This document shows positions 46,714 to 54,696 of a stretch of DNA of 64,000 bases, piece after piece (positions within the stretch are counted from its first letter, which is position 1; the number at the start of each line of letters is the position of its first letter). The notes beneath the pieces are model-generated. The model was given only the letters and a program-made list of their open reading frames with translations, had not been told where the DNA came from and ran no database searches. The position numbers were made by a program, and so were the translations under genes. Origin of the DNA: a virus; IMG/VR virus record IMGVR_UViG_3300044846_003365, positions 1 to 64,000 of that record; one strand, written 5' to 3'.

Positions 46714-47016
46714 TTGCGCCTACCTTTCCTTTGAGAGTAATTTCTCGGCGTTTATTGGTTTGGTTCTCCCAATCTTGTATTCAGTTATAAACGACTTCAT
46801 CTCTGAAGTCGTGTTTATATTTTACCTCACCTAGCTTCTTTTTTCAAGTTTGAACCCCCAAATCTGACAAAAAATCTTCCTAGATGCTAGTAAAACACTA
46901 GAAAGTAAGGAAAAACCCCTTTTGTTTCGAGTTTGGGCGTTTTGCGCGTGGAAAAAGACAGACCCTTCCCGGTCCCTCCTCCAGGGCCTGGAAGAAGAAT
47001 TACATAAGAAAAAACC

Positions 47017-47217
47017 CTAAGAGTCGAAATCTCTTAGGGCTTGTCGCTCGCTGGCGTTGCGAGTTCTAGCTCGCTTCTCTCGCCTATTGGCGTGAGAGCC
47101 ATTAGCACCTGAGCTATTACGCTGAACTAATAGCGTGTGTAGCTGAAATGCCTCAGCCTTGCGTCTAGCATCATTTACTAAACCCAGCGACTGCTTCTTT
47201 TTCTTTGCCATACTCAC
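47017..47217 (-). CDS. Small basic hypothetical protein
   Basis: 66 aa, GAAAGGTGGTG RBS. Confidence 0.65.
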   Translation of the reverse strand: MSMAKKKKQSLGLVNDARRKAEAFQLHTLLVQRNSSGANGSHANRREKRARTRNASERQALRDFDS

Positions 47218-47358
47218 ACACCACCTTTCTAATAATTAGCGTATCCGTTGGCTACCCGTCTATAATAACACACTACACACCCACCCGTCAAGTCCTGTGG
47301 CGTGTGTGGCAAAGGGGCGTGCCGTCAAGTAGTAAAGGGCGTGCCGTCAAAAAGGGTT

Positions 47359-47476
47359 GCCCCCCACTAAGTATCGAGAAAGAAAACCTTAGTGAGGGGC
47401 GTGCCGTTGGGAAAAAGTGGTGGAACCCAACGGCGGTTGGTTGCGTGGCTATGGGGGATAGCAAACCGCAACCAAG
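47359..47476 (-). ncRNA. Candidate three-hairpin RNA with anti-RBS loops
   Basis: Three back-to-back stems with minus-strand loops UCCCCC, UUCCACCACUUUUU and GUUUUCUUUCUCGAUA. Confidence 0.5.
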
Positions 47477-47481
47477 TCTAT

Positions 47482-47658
47482 TTAGTAATTTTCATCTACC
47501 CAATCAATTACATCTTGTAGCTTATCGGCTGAACTGACAAACTTTAGGAACTCGCCGTCTTCCATTAGCAAGCTGGACATTACCGTTGTTGCGCTTTCTA
47601 CTTCTCCAAGCACCACCCGTAGGCTCAGCGTGCTTAGCAGTTGTCCCGTTGAAATCAT
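47482..47658 (-). CDS. Hypothetical protein (58 aa)
   Basis: Manual translation MISTGQLLSTLSLRVVLGE..., GACGAAAGGA RBS and TTGACA promoter. Confidence 0.6.
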   Translation of the reverse strand: MISTGQLLSTLSLRVVLGEVESATTVMSSLLMEDGEFLKFVSSADKLQDVIDWVDENY

Positions 47659-47682
47659 TTTATTCCTTTCGTCATTTATATT

Positions 47683-47970
47683 CTACACCCGTGCCGTTGA
47701 ATTGTCAAGTTCAACTTCCCAAGAGTAAGGAACCCGAAGCTCTTCTCTTTCCATAAGCAAGCCCGCCTCTTGAACAATTACATAGCTCGGCACATCAAGA
47801 GCGTAAGCTATGTTCTCAACTATGTCTGAGGAAGCTTCTTTCTTGCCTCGCTCAACTTCGCTGAGATACCCAAGAGAAATGTTTGACTTAGTAGACAACT
47901 GCCTAAGAGTCATACCAATCCTGTTCCTACGCAAGTGAACTATGTGTCCAATAGATTCGTGTAATCTCAC
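47683..47970 (-). CDS. XRE-family HTH regulator, ClgR-like
   Basis: TLRQLS...ISLGYLSEVERGKKEASS resembles actinobacterial ClgR. Confidence 0.8.
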   Translation of the reverse strand: MRLHESIGHIVHLRRNRIGMTLRQLSTKSNISLGYLSEVERGKKEASSDIVENIAYALDVPSYVIVQEAGLLMEREELRVPYSWEVELDNSTARV

Positions 47971-48341
47971 TCGACAATCCTTTCATTTCCGTATTCTGCT
48001 TGTAGAACTTTTGCTTGCCCAATCGCATCATCTAGCGAGTGGTAAGGCTCGGAATAATATTCCGAATCCTTGCTGTCCATAACCTCGAACCAAGAGTTGT
48101 TTACCCAAGTAAACATCTCTTCTCCTAAAGCGTGAAACTTTTCTAAATCTTCATCTGTCTTTACGCCAATACCTTCGAGCTGGTCTGTGTAGCGAATTAC
48201 AATCTGGCTCTCCAAGTCTGGAGAGTAGTGAATACGCATCTCGCCATTACGAATAACATAAAAGCGTGGCTGTTCGGAATCTTGCCAAACTAGCTCGTGC
48301 CCTGCTTCGTTCGTGTAGAACGATGAGTCTTGTCTAATCAA
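47967..48341 (-). CDS. Hypothetical protein
   Basis: 124 aa, overlapping start/stop with neighbours. Confidence 0.7.
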   Translation of the reverse strand: MIRQDSSFYTNEAGHELVWQDSEQPRFYVIRNGEMRIHYSPDLESQIVIRYTDQLEGIGVKTDEDLEKFHALGEEMFTWVNNSWFEVMDSKDSEYYSEPYHSLDDAIGQAKVLQAEYGNERIVE

Positions 48342-48618
48342 CTTCTTCCTCCCTAATCAAAATGAAATCGTTTGGTGTTGTTTCTTCGCTGTAATACTCG
48401 TCAATAGTTTCGCCTCTGTGCTTGTGGACATAAGCAAATACCCAACTATCAAACGCATACCAATCCTTGTCATCACTTAGCAAGCCACTATCCAAAGCTT
48501 CATCTTCTTCTTTGGTGTTGATAATTCCTATGTTTACGGCAACAGGAGCCTTGTCCTTCGGGTCGTCAAGAAATCTCATATACGCCCCAACTACTTCAAT
48601 GTCGTCTGGTGTAATCAT
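48334..48618 (-). CDS. Hypothetical acidic protein
   Basis: GAAAGGA RBS. Confidence 0.65.
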   Translation of the reverse strand: MITPDDIEVVGAYMRFLDDPKDKAPVAVNIGIINTKEEDEALDSGLLSDDKDWYAFDSWVFAYVHKHRGETIDEYYSEETTPNDFILIREEEVD

Positions 48619-48656
48619 TATTGTCCTTTCTCTAAAACAATTTTATCAGGTATAAA

Positions 48657-48902
48657 CTAATTTGTCAAGTTGTATGACTGAAGCAAGCTCGCGAGCGCGT
48701 CCTCTCGCTCAACAAACTTTTCCCTAAGGTCTTCGTTGTCTCGATAGCTTAGCCAGTTGTTGCTCAGCTCGTCCCAAGCTACTTCGGAATCAAACTTTGC
48801 GTCCAAGGTGTCAGGGTCTACTCCCCAAGCGTTGCTTGACTCGTCCCACCTAACTACAAAGTGATACTGAATACTTTTTCCTGTTGCTATTGCGTTTGTC
48901 AT
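48657..48902 (-). CDS. Hypothetical protein
   Basis: ATGA overlap with the upstream gene. Confidence 0.65.
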   Translation of the reverse strand: MTNAIATGKSIQYHFVVRWDESSNAWGVDPDTLDAKFDSEVAWDELSNNWLSYRDNEDLREKFVEREDALASLLQSYNLTN

Positions 48903-49174
48903 ACTCTAATTTCCTCTCCTTGGTCGTTTACTACTACAAACTGATTCTCTAAAGCTATGTATCCATCGTGGCTAGTTGTGTCCTCGACATAGTCGATGGC
49001 ATTACTACGCACATACTCTAGAAACAATTCCTCATCGAACAGGTCTGTTCCATTGTCGGCAAGTATTTCTAAATACTGCTCTAGAGTTTGCTTGGTGTCC
49101 CAAGTCAAAGTTAGTTGGGCATTTATTGTCTGCCCAACCTTTTTTACAAATTCATTTACAATCTTGTCTGACAT
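48899..49174 (-). CDS. Hypothetical protein
   Basis: GAAAGGAG RBS. Confidence 0.65.
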   Translation of the reverse strand: MSDKIVNEFVKKVGQTINAQLTLTWDTKQTLEQYLEILADNGTDLFDEELFLEYVRSNAIDYVEDTTSHDGYIALENQFVVVNDQGEEIRV

Positions 49175-49362
49175 TTGAACTCCTTTCTAAAGTTCGTGTG
49201 CTTCCCAGTCGCCAGTAAAACCTTCGGCTTCAGTTTCGTATTCGTCCTGTTGCCCATTAGTAATTACTTCGTAAGCTTTGTTATAAGCTTCATCTCTGTC
49301 CTTTGCCTCAACAGTTGTGGTGTGAAATACTGTTTCATAAATTCTCACTTCCCACTCAGCCA

Positions 49363-49614
49363 TTAGTCCTCGTCCTCTTCTTCTTCATCTGAAGACACAA
49401 GTCCATAAACATAATCGTTTACAGTTTCACGAGCATCGTCCCATAGACTTTCGTGGTCAAGGTCATCTGCTGTTTGGTCGAACTGCTCTGCTGTTGGGCT
49501 AGGTGTGCCATCAGCAAATTCAAAATGCTCTGCCAGAAAATACTGAAAAATAATTGACTGGTCTTTGTCCTCAATCTGTTCCAACTGAGAAATCAAATCT
49601 TTTACTGTTGCCAT
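49363..49614 (-). CDS. Hypothetical acidic protein
   Basis: ACGAAAGGA RBS, own promoter. Confidence 0.65.
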   Translation of the reverse strand: MATVKDLISQLEQIEDKDQSIIFQYFLAEHFEFADGTPSPTAEQFDQTADDLDHESLWDDARETVNDYVYGLVSSDEEEEDED

Positions 49615-49677
49615 TTGCTTTTCCTTTCGTAGTTGTTTTATTATAAAGGTGTTTGACTAAAAAGTCAAATCCATTTG

Positions 49678-49989
49678 CTAGGAAACCCCTAGCTTTTTGG
49701 TTGCGACTTCGTAGACTTTTTCTAGTCTTGTTCTGACTGAGTCGGCAAGTTTTAGGTCGTCCAGCATTTCGCCAAAGTGCCCTGTGATAACTTCCAAGTC
49801 ATCGCCATCAAACTCTGCTTCCTCAAAGTGCCACCAAAGTCCATCATTACCAGTTAGCCCAGAAAACTCTGAGTCCAACATTTTCTTTAGGTAGTCTGAC
49901 ACTTGTTCGTCAGTTAGCTTGCTTGCGTGTTCGTTCTCCTCTGGATAGAACTCGAACTGAACATTTAGAATTACTTTTCTTTCAGTCAT
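49678..49989 (-). CDS. Hypothetical protein
   Basis: Start reassigned to ATG 49989 (GAGGAGGAG RBS). Confidence 0.6.
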   Translation of the reverse strand: MTERKVILNVQFEFYPEENEHASKLTDEQVSDYLKKMLDSEFSGLTGNDGLWWHFEEAEFDGDDLEVITGHFGEMLDDLKLADSVRTRLEKVYEVATKKLGVS

Positions 49990-50338
49990 TAGTTCTCCTC
50001 CTCGACAGTCCACTCAACATTGTCCCAGCTCACGCCATCAAGGTCATTACTTCTTCTTGACAGTAAGTCAATCAGCGTGTCAAGTTTTGTATCTAACGCC
50101 TTCAGGTCTTCGACATTTGTTGCGTAATAGTCGAAGGTAATTCTTCCGCTAAAATCTTTCATCTGCTTTTTCCTTCCTAGTTGTTAGCAAACTTTTTTAT
50201 TGACTCTACTTGTTTGTCGTCATCGTGTTTCCAATAGTCTTCGCAACTATCGCAAATCTGATATTCTTTTTCTTCATCGAGAAACTTTATGTGGTGAGTT
50301 GCTGAGTCGAAGCAACCTGACATATCGCACTCGAACAT

Positions 50339-50605
50339 TTACTTACCTGCCTGCTGTGATAAGAATCTCGAAGCGTCAAAAGTAAAAGCAAGATGACTCT
50401 TCTCAAATACTCTGTCGTCCTCTAGGCACTCAGACAAAACTGAAACTCTTGCGAGCGCAAGTGAAACGCTAGGGTAGTATTCGACCCACTCGTTCACAAC
50501 ATAGTCAGTCCAAGTAAGCTTGTAAGACTTCTCTCCACCTTTGGGTAAGAACTCTGAAATCTCTACGCCACACTCGCCAAATAAATCTAATGAAATTTTT
50601 TCCAT
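50339..50605 (-). CDS. Hypothetical protein
   Basis: Start reassigned to ATG 50605 (AAGGAAAGTGG RBS). Confidence 0.65.
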   Translation of the reverse strand: MEKISLDLFGECGVEISEFLPKGGEKSYKLTWTDYVVNEWVEYYPSVSLALARVSVLSECLEDDRVFEKSHLAFTFDASRFLSQQAGK

Positions 50606-50693
50606 AACCACTTTCCTTCTTTCTGTCATTTTTGTTGCTTGTATAATAATACAGGCTAGCTTACCTTTTGTCAAGTAAGCTAGCCCGCATTTT

Positions 50694-50969
50694 TTAGTAT
50701 TCTGAGTCGCTCTCAATCCAAGCGTCTAGATGGTGATTCTCAACCAAAGCTCTTACTGGAGCTGTGTTGCTTCCTTTGTAGGAAGTGCCTTCTGGCAGTT
50801 CTACTTCGGAATCCCAGTCGCCAGCATTAGCTAGCTCAATAGCCTCGATACAAGGCTTGACCATAAACTTCGGAACTGGAGGATAGTGATTACCCTGTAA
50901 GTGCCACTCTATTTGTTGGCTTAGTGCCAACTCGCTTGAGGCGATATCAACTGCTGTTCTGAATCCCAT
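50694..50969 (-). CDS. Conserved small actinophage-type protein (HLQGNHYPPVP)
   Basis: HLxxNHYPPVP...HHLDAW, start ATG 50969. Confidence 0.7.
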   Translation of the reverse strand: MGFRTAVDIASSELALSQQIEWHLQGNHYPPVPKFMVKPCIEAIELANAGDWDSEVELPEGTSYKGSNTAPVRALVENHHLDAWIESDSEY

Positions 50970-51028
50970 TGGAGTCCTTTCTTTAGACTCCATAAGGATA
51001 ACAAACTATTTGGTAAAAGTCAAATCTA

Positions 51029-51268
51029 TTACTTGACAACTTTCATTGTTGAAAAGTCTGGCTTCGCCTTTAGCTCACCAATAATGTTGTCGTGTCCTTC
51101 GGCAAAGTTCTCTCTGCTGTCTGACTTAGCAAACAGTCCAGCAAAGGCACTAGAGGCAATCTGACGAGCTTCGCCATCAGTTTCAGACTCTACTTCCAGC
51201 TCAACTACAATCTGAACCTTGCGAACCTTCTTCTCGAAGCCACCTTCGAAATCTTCTTTTTTAGCCAT
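51029..51268 (-). CDS. Hypothetical protein
   Basis: Start ATG 51268 (AAGGAG RBS). Confidence 0.65.
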   Translation of the reverse strand: MAKKEDFEGGFEKKVRKVQIVVELEVESETDGEARQIASSAFAGLFAKSDSRENFAEGHDNIIGELKAKPDFSTMKVVK

Positions 51269-51437
51269 AAGTATCAACTCCTTTTTATCGAACTTATCTA
51301 ACAATTAGTTTACACGCAAAAACGAGATGCGTCAAGGTCGCAGTTGCGTGGAAAAAACCCTACCCTTCGACACGAGCGACCTTCGCATTTTCGGGAAAAG
51401 AAAAACCCCCAGCTTTCGCTGGGGGCTTTCGCTAGAA

Positions 51438-51731
51438 CTATCTTGCGACTTTTACAAAGTCGTAATCAGTTGTGTAGCGAGTTGCTTCGTAGACCTCTGG
51501 GAAGTCGGTAGCCAACTTCTTTGAGTCTACATAGGTGTTGGTTCGTGATACCAACTTGAAAGCCACTACGCCACCAAAGGTAGCCTCTGTGGACTGACCT
51601 AGAAGCTGACGCAACTTAGCCTCTGAGTCCTTCTTGAGAGCCTCTGCCTTGTCTGCCAAAGCCTTAGCCTCCACGAAGTCTGCTAGAGCCTTGCGAGCCT
51701 CTGAGTTGAAACCAAGTTCTAATGAACTCAT
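51438..51731 (-). CDS. Hypothetical coiled-coil protein with structured 5' leader
   Basis: Start ATG 51731, VDSKKLATDFPEVYE motif, terminator at about 51402-51430. Confidence 0.7.
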   Translation of the reverse strand: MSSLELGFNSEARKALADFVEAKALADKAEALKKDSEAKLRQLLGQSTEATFGGVVAFKLVSRTNTYVDSKKLATDFPEVYEATRYTTDYDFVKVAR

Positions 51732-51814
51732 ATGAAACACCACTTTCGAAAGTTTCAGACTTTTCAGTCTGGGTCGCTGGAGAAGTCCTTTTGACTTCTT
51801 TCCCAACTAATACA

Positions 51815-51836
51815 ACTATAAAGCATACCTACGACA
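51815..51836 (-). promoter_or_regulatory. PafBC/RecA-NDp-type promoter TGTCGT-N10-TATAGT with overlapping TTGACA -35
   Basis: Minus strand CTTGACAAATGTCGTAGGTATGCTTTATAGT. Confidence 0.7.
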
Positions 51837-51915
51837 TTTGTCAAGTTCATTTGAACTTTTTTTATAACAGTTTGATAACGGAAACCCCGCCCGAAAGCGG
51901 GGCTTCCAAATCAAG

Positions 51916-52122
51916 CTAGGACACTACTTGGTAGTCCACAGTAGGCACAACAGAGCTGGCATAAACGCCTAGCTCGTAGATACCAGCGTGTCGAACTGCC
52001 AAGGACTGAGCATCCTCACCCTGAAAAGTTTTGTTCTCGCTTGGAAAGTCGTGAACCAAAACTGTCCACACACCAGCTTCCTCGAAAACTGAAACTCGCT
52101 TGCTCGCATATGAATTGACCAT
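51916..52122 (-). CDS. Hypothetical protein with structured 5' leader
   Basis: Start ATG 52122 after GAAAGGTGGT. Confidence 0.6.
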   Translation of the reverse strand: MVNSYASKRVSVFEEAGVWTVLVHDFPSENKTFQGEDAQSLAVRHAGIYELGVYASSVVPTVDYQVVS

Positions 52123-52204
52123 ATACTCGACCACCTTTCGACCACTAGGGTCTTAGAGCTGGAGAGCTTCTTGTGAAACTCGTTCCCAACTTTGCTACTC
52201 CTAT

Positions 52205-52304
52205 ATTTTACCAGCAGCCTACGACATTTTTACTATAAAACAAAAAAATATTTATAACAGTTTGATAACGGAAAAGTTTGTGATTTTAGCACGACCCACT
52301 GACA
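52205..52304 (-). promoter_or_regulatory. Two tandem PafBC-type promoters (52205-52226, 52283-52304) flanking an OmpR-like box
   Basis: TGTCGT-AGGCTGCTGG-TAAAAT and TGTCAG-TGGGTCGTGC-TAAAAT, with no TTGACA -35. Confidence 0.7.
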
Positions 52305-52406
52305 TTTCTGAAACTTTTACATAAGCCAAAGGGTCTAAGTTTTTCCACGCAGGAGGTTTCCAAAAAAAAATGCCAACCCTTTCGGGCTGGCACTCTTTTC
52401 TATTTC

Positions 52407-53057
52407 TTAGAGAACTTTGTAAAGGTTATACTCGTCAGTTTTATCCCAGTCTACATTTCCTTCTTCGTCTAGGACAGCACCAGCGTTCTTGTAATCTTCG
52501 GAAGTAATCTCTCTGTAAGTGTCGGAAAGTATTTCCCCACCTTCAATCTCAGCCCTACCAAAGAAAGCCATACCTTCTTCGGCATACTGATAAATTATTC
52601 TTACATCATAGACTTCAGAAAGTCGTCTAAAGAACTCTAAAGCTGGACTCCACGCAGTAGAAGAACCAATCCCAAGACTGAACTTTCCATTACCCAAATC
52701 TGTAATCTCGGTAATTGAAACTCCACCAAGTTGGTCTAAGTCCCACTTAGTTCCCCAGTTTCCGATATTCCAGTCATACCAGTTGTCAAAAGTTCCAGAA
52801 GAGCCTTTAGCCCACTCCAAAGTCTTTTGCTCGATAGACTTAGTTTTATCTTCTTCTACACCAATAAAGTTTGGTGTTGGGAAAAAGTTATCAAAAGAAA
52901 AGATGTTCGGCTTCTCTTCAAACTTTTCGTAGTTCATAATTTCTTTGTTCCAGTCGCTTCCAATTTTGAAAGTTCCTTCAGCACCCTTTGCCAATATTGT
53001 TTCTAGGGTTTCTTTGTCCCCAATAATATCAACATCTAAATCACACCAGTTTGGCAT
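52407..53057 (-). CDS. YubB/DUF1281 ferredoxin-like domain protein
   Basis: MPNWC...WYDWNIGNWGTKWD...TAWSP...YAEEGMAFFG. Confidence 0.8.
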   Translation of the reverse strand: MPNWCDLDVDIIGDKETLETILAKGAEGTFKIGSDWNKEIMNYEKFEEKPNIFSFDNFFPTPNFIGVEEDKTKSIEQKTLEWAKGSSGTFDNWYDWNIGNWGTKWDLDQLGGVSITEITDLGNGKFSLGIGSSTAWSPALEFFRRLSEVYDVRIIYQYAEEGMAFFGRAEIEGGEILSDTYREITSEDYKNAGAVLDEEGNVDWDKTDEYNLYKVL

Positions 53058-53198
53058 ATTAGTTTCCTTCTTTCTCTGTAATTGCTATTTCGAGTTTGGT
53101 TATGTTTGCTATCGCTTGGTCAAACTCTTCCCAAGTTTCAAATGTCAAAGTAATCATTTTTTCCTTCCTCGTATTTCTATTATAGAGCTTTTTTCAAA

Positions 53199-53456
53199 TT
53201 AGTCAAGTTCATAATCATAATCTTCGTAATTCGCTTCTTCGTAATCTCTTTTGTCTTCGGCAGTCGAGCTACGGAAATGAACCACGCCACAAAACTCGCA
53301 CTCCACTTCGTAGTTGCCCCAGTCGTCAGTTGCGGAAAGATTTGCTTCATTAGTTTTTCCGCACTCTTCGTTTCCGCAAACAAACTCGTCATACGGAACT
53401 TCTACTGAATAAATACCAGACCCCATCATTGAACCTGCTGGATAATTGCTTGACAT
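53199..53456 (-). CDS. Small Zn-ribbon protein
   Basis: CGNEEC...CEFC, start ATG 53456. Confidence 0.65.
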   Translation of the reverse strand: MSSNYPAGSMMGSGIYSVEVPYDEFVCGNEECGKTNEANLSATDDWGNYEVECEFCGVVHFRSSTAEDKRDYEEANYEDYDYELD

Positions 53457-53479
53457 TTTTTCCTTTCTTATTTCTTGGT

Positions 53480-53692
53480 CTACAAGTAGCAATCGCTACA
53501 CTTAGGGCTTCGCTCTAAGCTCTGAATCCACTCGTGAGTTTCTTGGTTTACTGTGTATTCGCCACCACACTTGTAGCAAGTAAAGTCATATCTAACTTCA
53601 CCCTTTGGGGCTACTCTGCGATTACCACGCAAAGCCAAGTCGTTTAGTTCCTGCTCGCTTAGTTCAGGATTCTCTTTTGCTAATCTACTCAT
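53480..53692 (-). CDS. Small Zn-ribbon protein
   Basis: CYKC...CSDC, start ATG 53692 (ACGAAAGGA RBS). Confidence 0.65.
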   Translation of the reverse strand: MSRLAKENPELSEQELNDLALRGNRRVAPKGEVRYDFTCYKCGGEYTVNQETHEWIQSLERSPKCSDCYL

Positions 53693-53714
53693 TTGTTTCC
53701 TTTCGTTAGTATTC

Positions 53715-53797
53715 AGTATAAAGCTACCTACTGACATTTGTCAAGTTGTTAGGTAATTCTTTTCTTCGTGTTTAGAAACTACACCCACCCACCGACA
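53715..53797 (-). promoter_or_regulatory. Two tandem PafBC-type promoters (53715-53736, 53776-53797)
   Basis: TGTCAG-TAGGTAGCTT-TATACT and TGTCGG-TGGGTGGGTG-TAGTTT. Confidence 0.7.
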
Positions 53798-53847
53798 TTT
53801 TTGGAATTGTCAAAGGGTAGCTCTTTTTTCACGCAGACCCCCCGAAG

Positions 53848-54010
53848 AAAAAGTTGAGCAGTTTTACAACTTGCTCAGGTTGTTATTCCTGTATACCTCA
53901 CCAATAGAGGTGTTTAGGAAACTTAGGTAAGCCTTTTTACAACTTGCTCAGGTTGTTTTGTTCGCTTCAGCTTTAGAGTCTTGCGACGCAGTATTTGGGC
54001 GAACAAAGCT
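53848..54010 (-). ncRNA. Candidate structured RNA with two repeated H-type pseudoknot units
   Basis: AACAACCTGAGCAAGTTGTAAAA occurs twice. Each is an ACAAC/GTTGT stem whose loop can pair downstream (TGCTCA, GCTTA). Two further hairpins flank them. Confidence 0.55.
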
Positions 54011-54013
54011 TTA

Positions 54014-54190
54014 TTACTTTTCAGCTTCAATAGCTAAAGCAGTTTCCCACTTTTTGCTATCGTAAGCTTCGTCAAACCTTTTGTAATCTTCGCTTGACCA
54101 ATCTTTCGTGTCAATCAGAAGAATCTTCCCGTGTCCATAGCTTTCGTCGTCAGCTATCCAAAGCGTGTTAGGTGAAAGTTCTTTTATCAA
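54014..54190 (-). CDS. Hypothetical protein (58 aa)
   Basis: TTG start overlapping the upstream TGA, MIKELSPNTLWIADDESYG... Confidence 0.55.
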   Translation of the reverse strand: MIKELSPNTLWIADDESYGHGKILLIDTKDWSSEDYKRFDEAYDSKKWETALAIEAEK

Positions 54191-54597
54191 ATCTTCACCT
54201 CTTCCTTACGCTTTCTACTAGCCCATCCGTCTCCAGCGAACTCCATCTCGTAGTCCCAGACCTTACCAAGAGCAACAGCGACATCCGTTGAGATGTCAGT
54301 CCAGCTCTCGCTCTCACGCCATAAGTTGCTAAGGTCAGGGTAAGTTGGTAAGTCCTCATCCGTTGAGTAGTCCCCAAGCACCAAGACTCTATCGCCTGTC
54401 CAGCGACCAGACAAGCCGTCAAACTTGTTCCAGTCTCCACCACCCCTTGCCGGTGAGGTCATAAGTAAAAGATATAACGCGTCAGACATTGAACCCTCGC
54501 AACCCGTTTGCTCGTATTGCTTAGCACCCAAGCCGAGCGGATAAGAACTAACCTGCTCTTGCTTATCAAGATTTACTAATTTGTGATACTGTCCCAT
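54187..54597 (-). CDS. Conserved phage hypothetical protein (MGQY...NLDK...GRWxGDR...GDY family)
   Basis: Recognisable motif set, own promoter and RBS. Confidence 0.75.
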   Translation of the reverse strand: MGQYHKLVNLDKQEQVSSYPLGLGAKQYEQTGCEGSMSDALYLLLMTSPARGGGDWNKFDGLSGRWTGDRVLVLGDYSTDEDLPTYPDLSNLWRESESWTDISTDVAVALGKVWDYEMEFAGDGWASRKRKEEVKI

Positions 54598-54696
54598 CTG
54601 TTTCCTTTCGTCGTTGTTTTATTGTATACCTTATCCGTCTCTTTGTCAAGTTTATTGGCAGGGGGGAGAGAGACAGGTTCTCCCCCCGCCAAGCCT

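Noticed and set aside
53855-53884. preQ1-I riboswitch-like pseudoknot
   Set aside because: Similar size, but the loop does not match preQ1 consensus, it is not at a gene 5' end, and no queuosine genes are nearby.
53862-53957. 23-nt direct repeats as a mini CRISPR array
   Set aside because: Only two copies, the intervening sequence is itself a hairpin, and no cas gene is in the window. Better explained as repeated RNA structure.
53955-54008. Twister ribozyme resemblance (ACUGC...GUCGCAAGAC...AAAG)
   Set aside because: P4 stem and both pseudoknot pairings could not be built by eye.
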